This document shows, one piece after another, positions 58,017-64,000 of a DNA stretch of 64,000 nt. The notes below the pieces were generated by a model. It was given only the letters and a program-made list of their open reading frames with translations. It was not told where the DNA came from and did no database searches. The position numbers and the translations under genes were made by a program. The stretch spans positions 1,653,529 to 1,717,528 of the forward strand of contig OZ244730.1 of assembly GCA_965219265.1 (NCBI GenBank). Direction: 5' to 3'. How positions within the stretch are numbered: the stretch's first letter is position 1; every line of letters starts with the position of its first letter. The stretch is from Arenicellales bacterium. GTDB lineage: Bacteria > Pseudomonadota > Gammaproteobacteria > Arenicellales > JAJDZL01.

Positions 58017-60605
58017 TCAAGCGATCGCTTCGGCGACAGCGTCGAGCGCAATATCGATTTTTTCCCCTTCGGTACCACCGCCTTGGGCCATTTGCGGTTT
58101 GCCACCGCCATTTCCCCCGACCAAAGGAGAGATCTTGCTGATAATCTTACCAGCGTGCAAACGATCAACCAGGTCGTCGGATACGGAGCACAACAGAGTC
58201 GCTTTGCCATTATTGACAGACCCCAATACGACGACTCCAGATTCAACTTTCTGCTGCATGCGAGCCATGATCTTGCGCAAATCTTTGACATCAATTCCGT
58301 CGTGTCTGGAGACCAGCACCTGCACGTCTCCGACAGACTTAATTGGTATATCTGCTACTCCATTGCCACCGGTTGCCAGCTGAGTTTTCAGGTCGGAAAT
58401 CTGCCTATCCATAGCACGATTGGCCTGAATCATCTGTTCGACTTTCTCCTGAACATCGCCTACTCCGGTATGCAGAGTTCTGGCCACTTGGGAAAGAAGC
58501 TGAGAGTCAGCCTGCATTCGCTGTACTGCATCCATTCCTGTCAACGCTTCAATTCGACGTATTCCGGAAGCAATGCTCGACTCCTGGATGATTCTGAACA
58601 AGCCGATGTCACCGGTTCGCTCCACATGAGTACCTCCACATAGTTCCATAGAATTTGGTCCCATTTCGATGACTCGGACTTCCGAATCATATTTCTCTCC
58701 GAAGAGCGCTGCCGCTCCCTGTGCTTTCGCTTCTTCCAGTTCCATCCATGAACTGGATACCTGTGAGTTGGCGCGAATTTCGTCATTGACTTGTGATTCG
58801 ATTTGCAGAATTTCCTGACTGCTAAGTGCTCCATCATGGGAAAAATCAAACCTCAGGCGATCTGGCGCCACCAACGAACCTTTCTGTTGAACATGCGGCC
58901 CAAGAACATTTTTCAACGCAGCGTGAAGCAGATGAGTCGCTGAATGATTTTTCATCGTGGACTCGCGTTTTCCTGTATTTACTTGTGCCCAAACTTCATT
59001 CCCAGATGCAAATTCTCCGGCTGCTACGTGTCCAATATGCCCGATGACTTTATTCGAGAGATATTGCGTATCTTCTACGATAAACTCGCTTCCGTTGGCA
59101 CGGATAATTCCCGTATCTCCAACCTGACCGCCGCTTTCTGCGTAGAATGGTGTCGCCCCGAGCACTAAAACGGCTTTCTGATCTTGCTTAACGGATTGTG
59201 CCTGAGAGTCTTCAATCAATATCGCTACTATTTCGCTATCCTGTTCAAGCGTACGATAGCCACTGAATTCAACTTCTACATTTACGGTTGTAGCAGAAGC
59301 CGCAACAGCATCAAACCTGCTCGCGGATTTTGCTCTTTCACGCTGTTCCTGCATGGAACGCTCGAATCCCTCCATATCAACGGTCATATCTCGTTCCCGC
59401 AGAAAATCAGTGGTAAGATCCACTGGAAATCCGTACGTATCGTACAGGCGAAAGGCAATTTCACCAGGTAGTACATCACCTGACAGCGAACTCAATTCTC
59501 GATCCAGCATCTTCAGGCCTTGATCCAAAGTTTTTGAGAATCTTTCACCTTCTCTCAGTAAAACCCCTTCAACCTTGCTCTGCGCATGCTGAAGTTCAGG
59601 ATAGGCTTCACCCATCTGTTCAACCACAACTCCGGTCAACTTGTGGAAGAAAGGCTCTTTGCAGCCGAGTTGATAACCATGCCGTATGGCTCGGCGAATG
59701 ATTCTGCGAAGCACATAGCCGCGATTTTCATTGGAAGGCGTAACCCCATCGGTAATCAAGAATGCCGCAGACCGAATATGGTCCGAAATCACTCGCAAAG
59801 ATTTGCTATCTCGTTCCTGCGTCCCTACGGTCTGAGCAGCAGCTTCAATCAGAGCGCGAAACAGATCTATATCGTAGTTGCTGTACACCTTTTGCATCAC
59901 TGTCGCAATTCTTTCCAGTCCCATTCCCGTATCAACTGAAGGTTTTGGCAGCGGTTCCATGGTGCCGTCAGAGAATCGTTCGAATTGCATAAACACGAGA
60001 TTCCACAATTCTACGTATCGGTCGCCATCCTGTTCTGGGGTACCCGGAGGTCCGCCTTCAATTTCAGGCCCGTGATCGTAAAAAATCTCAGAGCACGGTC
60101 CACAGGGGCCAGTATCGCCCATCGACCAGAAATTATCCGAAGTAGCGATCCGTGCAAATCTTTCTGATGGAATTCCGATCTCATTCAACCAGACATCCGC
60201 CGACTCGTCATCTTCTGAATACACCGTTACCCATAGCCGATCTTCCGGCAGGGAGATTTCGCGCGTTAGCAAATTCCAGGCATAGTGAATCGCCTCGCGC
60301 TTGAAATAATCACCAAAACTGAAATTACCCAACATCTCAAAGAAAGTATGATGCCGAGCGGTATATCCGACATTTTCCAGATCGTTATGCTTCCCGCCCG
60401 CACGAACGCATCTCTGCGAAGTAACGGCACGATTGTACGGACGCTTGTCGGTTCCCAAGAAAACATCCTTGAATTGCACCATGCCGGAATTTGTAAAGTG
60501 CAAAGTGGGATCATTTCCTGGCACCAAAGGACTGCTGGGCACAACTTCATGCCCTCGTTCGCGAAAGTACTCTAGAAAGAGTCTTCTCAATTCTATGGTT
60601 TTCAT
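58017..60605 (-). CDS. alaS: Alanine--tRNA ligase
   Basis: FTNSGM.QFK, HHTFFEMLGNF, DTGMGLER, ELCGGTH, GGGK..MAQGG. Confidence 0.98.
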   Translation of the reverse strand: MKTIELRRLFLEYFRERGHEVVPSSPLVPGNDPTLHFTNSGMVQFKDVFLGTDKRPYNRAVTSQRCVRAGGKHNDLENVGYTARHHTFFEMLGNFSFGDYFKREAIHYAWNLLTREISLPEDRLWVTVYSEDDESADVWLNEIGIPSERFARIATSDNFWSMGDTGPCGPCSEIFYDHGPEIEGGPPGTPEQDGDRYVELWNLVFMQFERFSDGTMEPLPKPSVDTGMGLERIATVMQKVYSNYDIDLFRALIEAAAQTVGTQERDSKSLRVISDHIRSAAFLITDGVTPSNENRGYVLRRIIRRAIRHGYQLGCKEPFFHKLTGVVVEQMGEAYPELQHAQSKVEGVLLREGERFSKTLDQGLKMLDRELSSLSGDVLPGEIAFRLYDTYGFPVDLTTDFLRERDMTVDMEGFERSMQEQRERAKSASRFDAVAASATTVNVEVEFSGYRTLEQDSEIVAILIEDSQAQSVKQDQKAVLVLGATPFYAESGGQVGDTGIIRANGSEFIVEDTQYLSNKVIGHIGHVAAGEFASGNEVWAQVNTGKRESTMKNHSATHLLHAALKNVLGPHVQQKGSLVAPDRLRFDFSHDGALSSQEILQIESQVNDEIRANSQVSSSWMELEEAKAQGAAALFGEKYDSEVRVIEMGPNSMELCGGTHVERTGDIGLFRIIQESSIASGIRRIEALTGMDAVQRMQADSQLLSQVARTLHTGVGDVQEKVEQMIQANRAMDRQISDLKTQLATGGNGVADIPIKSVGDVQVLVSRHDGIDVKDLRKIMARMQQKVESGVVVLGSVNNGKATLLCSVSDDLVDRLHAGKIISKISPLVGGNGGGKPQMAQGGGTEGEKIDIALDAVAEAIA

Positions 60606-60617
60606 GGTTTCAGCTTG

Positions 60618-61079
60618 CTAAGCCTGTGGGGTATCCGAGTATCTTCCAATCGCCTCGTGAATCTGAGAGGAAGTAAATCCTCTGCTTCTTAAAAAGTTTG
60701 CCCGTTTTGCCCATTCTTTGAAATTCTCAATGGGTCGATTGTGATATTTACGATCCGCTACATTTACGATTTGTTCGTGCCATTGCTCATCATTTTGATT
60801 TAAGTGATTCGCAATAACTTCCGAGGCAACACCAAGATGACTCAACTCTGCCTCAATTCTCACTGGCCCATATCCTCGCGTTCTGCGAACTCGAATCAGA
60901 TTTTCCGTAAATCTCTCGTCATTGACCATATTTCTTTCTTGCAGGTCATCCACAACCTGCTCTGCCACTTCAAGACTCGAACCTCTGCTGACAAGTTTCT
61001 GCACGAGTTCGTTTCGGCAATATTCGCGCCGAACGAGAAATCTGGCTGCCTGTTCCTGTGTTTCCTTGAAATTTCTCAT
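60618..61079 (-). CDS. recX: Regulatory protein RecX
   Basis: L.RREY...EL..KL, NDERF, RG.G..RI..EL, FLRSRGF; downstream of recA. Confidence 0.93.
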   Translation of the reverse strand: MRNFKETQEQAARFLVRREYCRNELVQKLVSRGSSLEVAEQVVDDLQERNMVNDERFTENLIRVRRTRGYGPVRIEAELSHLGVASEVIANHLNQNDEQWHEQIVNVADRKYHNRPIENFKEWAKRANFLRSRGFTSSQIHEAIGRYSDTPQA

Positions 61080-61093
61080 ACCCTGCTAGGGGT

Positions 61094-62110
61094 TCACTCA
61101 GCTGACACTTCCGCTTGCTTGTCGATGGTTAATTTGTTTCGGATCTGGGATTCAATCTGATCTGCAATTTCTTGATTATCCATTAAAAACATTCGTGCAT
61201 TATCCCGCCCTTGACCAATGCGAATGTCGCCATAACTGTACCATGCACCGGCACGCTCGACAATTTTGTGTTCTACACCTAAATCAATCAATTCACCTTC
61301 TTTTGAAATGCCCTGACTGAATATCATGTCGAACTCGCATTGCTTGAATGGAGGTGCAACCTTATTCTTGACAAGCTTTACACGAGTCTGATTGCCGATA
61401 ATTTCATCACCTTTCTTGATCGCTCCAATTCTCCGAATATCAACCCTCACAGATGCATAAAACTTCAGTGCATTTCCACCCGTCGTTACTTCCGGACTGC
61501 CGTAAATCTGACCAATCTTCATGCGAATCTGGTTAATGAATATCACCAGTGTTTTGGATTTGCTAATGCTGCCGGTCAGTTTTCGCAGGGCTTGAGACAT
61601 CAGCCGAGCATGCAGCCCCATGAACGAATCTCCCATTTCTCCGTCCAGCTCAGCTCGCGGTGTCAGGGCGGCAACTGAGTCCACAACGACAACATCGATC
61701 GCTGCGGATTTGACGAGTTGATCAGCAATTTCCAGCGCTTCTTCGCCGGTGGTCGGCTGAGAGACGAGCAGATCATCCACATTCACTCCGAGTGTGGCTG
61801 CGTGGGATGTATTCAAAGCGTGTTCTGCATCAATGAAGGCCGCAGTACCGCCAAGTTTTTGTGCCTGTGCAACAACCGATAGAGTCAGGGTAGTCTTACC
61901 GGATGCCTCAGGTCCATAAATCTCAACTACTCGTCCACGCGGCAGTCCACCTACTCCGAGAATAATATCCAGCCCCAAAGAACCGGTTGGTATTACTTCG
62001 ATGGTTCGATCTACTTCCTCGTCACCCAATCTCATAATCGAACCCTGGCCAAATTGCCGTCGAATTTGACCTAACGTAGCCTGTAAAATTTTTTTCTTGC
62101 TTTCTTCCAT
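61094..62110 (-). CDS. recA: Recombinase A
   Basis: [33 protein letters not shown]. Confidence 0.99.
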   Translation of the reverse strand: MEESKKKILQATLGQIRRQFGQGSIMRLGDEEVDRTIEVIPTGSLGLDIILGVGGLPRGRVVEIYGPEASGKTTLTLSVVAQAQKLGGTAAFIDAEHALNTSHAATLGVNVDDLLVSQPTTGEEALEIADQLVKSAAIDVVVVDSVAALTPRAELDGEMGDSFMGLHARLMSQALRKLTGSISKSKTLVIFINQIRMKIGQIYGSPEVTTGGNALKFYASVRVDIRRIGAIKKGDEIIGNQTRVKLVKNKVAPPFKQCEFDMIFSQGISKEGELIDLGVEHKIVERAGAWYSYGDIRIGQGRDNARMFLMDNQEIADQIESQIRNKLTIDKQAEVSAE

Positions 62111-62315
62111 TTGTTGTACCTGGCAAACTTAATTCATAGATTATCCACCGGAACGCCGGTTAAGACGAACCTGTCCTGCATGTTCATAGTCATTCGAATC
62201 GGATCGGCAACTATGGTAATAATTGCTCCCAACTCAGGAACAATCGATATGCGATCCAATGTAATCAGAGAAGTTAGAAAATGGCAAGAGAAAATTGAGA
62301 ATCTGCTGAAATGAA

Positions 62316-63047
62316 TTAATTCGAACTCAATCCAACTCGAGAAAGCAATTCATCCGCAGGCACATATCCGCCGATCATTGTGCCGTCATCCAGCACCAAG
62401 GTCGGCGTACCATTGATTCCGGCTTGCACACCCTGACGGTACTGGTCGGCGATGGGATTCGTACAACTTGCAGCAGGTAGTTTCACTCCATTTTTCGCAT
62501 CTGTCATTGCTTTTTGCTGATCATCGGAACACCACACATTGACAATTTTGTTATAGCTTTCAGATTCCACTCCCGCTCTTGGAAATGCCATGTATCGCAC
62601 TTCCATGCCGGCAGCAGTTAGTTGAGGCACCTCCTGATGAAATCGCCTGCAGTAACCACAATCAATATCTGTAAACACCGTGACATGACGCTTGGGGTCG
62701 GCGGCGGCAAAAACAACCATGTTACTCGGCGGTGTGCTGTTTACTACTGCGTAAACGGCCTGCTCGGTCTTTTTGTCGCTCAAACTCGCACCACTGCGCA
62801 CGTCAATGGCATCGCCAATGATTAGATACCCGTCTTTCTCGAAAACATAGTAGATTTGATTGCTGATCGAGGCTTCATAAACACCCGAAATTGGCGACTC
62901 GATAACTGAATTCAGAGGCAAATTTTGCGGAAGTATTGAAGTGAGCGCGTCATATACTCGATCCAATGCCTCATCCGAAACAGCATTCGTAGAAATGATG
63001 GCGGCCACGGCCATGCCCAATACCACAAATTTAAACTTCATACTCAC
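62316..63047 (-). CDS. dsbC: Thiol:disulfide isomerase DsbC
   Basis: Signal peptide, FTDIDCGYC, GINGTP. Confidence 0.92.
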   Translation of the reverse strand: MSMKFKFVVLGMAVAAIISTNAVSDEALDRVYDALTSILPQNLPLNSVIESPISGVYEASISNQIYYVFEKDGYLIIGDAIDVRSGASLSDKKTEQAVYAVVNSTPPSNMVVFAAADPKRHVTVFTDIDCGYCRRFHQEVPQLTAAGMEVRYMAFPRAGVESESYNKIVNVWCSDDQQKAMTDAKNGVKLPAASCTNPIADQYRQGVQAGINGTPTLVLDDGTMIGGYVPADELLSRVGLSSN

Positions 63048-63122
63048 CCCAATTTACTAGATTTAGTTATCACTACTACGTATGATTACCGCAATCGGAA
63101 AATGTTCTCAATTTCCTTCCCG

Positions 63123-63509
63123 CTAATCAATCTTTTCGACTTCCGCTCCGGACTCTTTCCAGGCGTCAAATCCGCCACCAATATGACAAACACTCTGTAA
63201 TCCCATTCTTTGAGCAGTCTGGGTTGCCAAAGCCGACCGCCAGCCCGATTTGCAATAAAAGACGAACTTATTTTCTTCGGAAAACACATTCTTGAAATAA
63301 GGGCTTTCCGGATCAATCCAGAACTCCAGCATACCGCGCGGCATATGGTAAGTTCCTGGAATTTTTCCTTCGTGCTTGAGTTCTCGAATATCCCGTAAAT
63401 CTACAAATTGCACATTGTCTTTCTCATGCAAATCAACGGCTTCTTCAACCGTGAGCGTTTCGATTTCCGACATTGCTTGATCAAGCAGCTGTTTGTATCC
63501 AATTTTCAT
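63123..63509 (-). CDS. Rhodanese-like domain protein
   Basis: D.RD..E...G.IPG, RGMLEF, YCKSGWRS, GGF.AW. Confidence 0.9.
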   Translation of the reverse strand: MKIGYKQLLDQAMSEIETLTVEEAVDLHEKDNVQFVDLRDIRELKHEGKIPGTYHMPRGMLEFWIDPESPYFKNVFSEENKFVFYCKSGWRSALATQTAQRMGLQSVCHIGGGFDAWKESGAEVEKID

Positions 63510-63620
63510 ATCACTGCCACTGCCAAAATTACAGATTCAGGTTGCTGCTATTGTAATTTCTGGACATTAAATTCATCTATCTTTCGTTAATAGATGAGGC
63601 AATTCAATAGCATCAATAGT

Positions 63621-63845
63621 TTACCGATTATCCGGTCCACTCGGTGGTGGTTCGTTGAATTCGCGGCCTTCTGACTGTGCATGTTCACGCCGCATATTCC
63701 ACGCGCGCCACTGACTTCGTTCCTGTTCCATTCCCCGTTCCATTCCCCTCTCCATTCCCCTCTCCATTCCCCTTTCCATTCCGATAGCGATTCCTTTCTC
63801 TTTCTGCGACCTCTTTAACCACTGTTCAAACGCGTCCGATAACAT
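63621..63845 (-). CDS. Stand-alone RpnS-like small protein (74 aa) with GMER repeats
   Basis: GGAGG + 8 nt + ATG; MLSDAFEQW..(GMER)4GMEQ..EPPP; in-frame TAA at 63924-63926 excludes a long upstream frame. Confidence 0.6.
   Translation of the reverse strand: MLSDAFEQWLKRSQKEKGIAIGMERGMERGMERGMERGMEQERSQWRAWNMRREHAQSEGREFNEPPPSGPDNR
63723..63782. repeat. 12-bp coding tandem repeat x5 (GMER)
   Basis: ccattcccctct-type units. Confidence 0.85.
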
Positions 63846-64000
63846 TCTGTAAGCCTCCGTAAAAAAATTCGATGTTGTTGGCGTGGGACAAGTTCCCCCG
63901 AATACTACCAAGTCAAGATGTATTTAGGTTCCTGCAATCCAGCAAACTACACAGCGCTTCGCCTCGTATAAAACAGTTTGCGCAACGCTACGAAACATCG

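Noticed and set aside
62111-62315. LexA box upstream of recA
   Set aside because: No CTGT-N8-ACAG or other recognisable SOS box found by eye.
63723-63782. Tandem repeats as a CRISPR array (also 34793-34828)
   Set aside because: 12-bp head-to-tail units with no spacers, in frame as GMER/EQGM peptides; no cas genes.

Overview
Bacterial (most likely gammaproteobacterial) chromosome segment in two parts. Positions ~1-28.7 kb are an accessory defence/mobility island. It holds: a SIR2-STAND-TPR-cold-shock protein flanked by 19-bp direct repeats; an McrA-like HNH nuclease; a twice-inactivated C5 cytosine methyltransferase; an IS1634-family element with a TTAA duplication; a GHKL(MORC-like)-histidine-kinase fusion translationally coupled to a receiver-domain protein; vsr; two broken serine resolvases; a 1515-aa nuclease-STAND (Avs-like) protein; and one RIT (recombinase-in-trio) element inserted into the catalytic HxxRH codons of ritB of a second RIT element, with both sets of ends fully readable. 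Positions ~28.7-64 kb are mainly core genes (fimV-like, asd, leuB, aroC, dcd, apbC, metG, rnfB, nth, rlmB, rnr, tRNA-Arg, tRNA-Ser, csrA, lysC, alaS, recX, recA, dsbC). Interspersed accessory loci are an Rpn nuclease with an internal small-protein start, an IS630 remnant, a DUF2282/DUF692/DUF2063/DoxX (bufferin-type RiPP) cluster followed by an ArsS-like radical SAM gene, an oxygenase-MMPL-LolA-like-outer-membrane operon, a SRAP gene and a stand-alone RpnS-like ORF. No CRISPR array or rRNA was seen. All family calls come from motif recognition by eye; no database searches were run.
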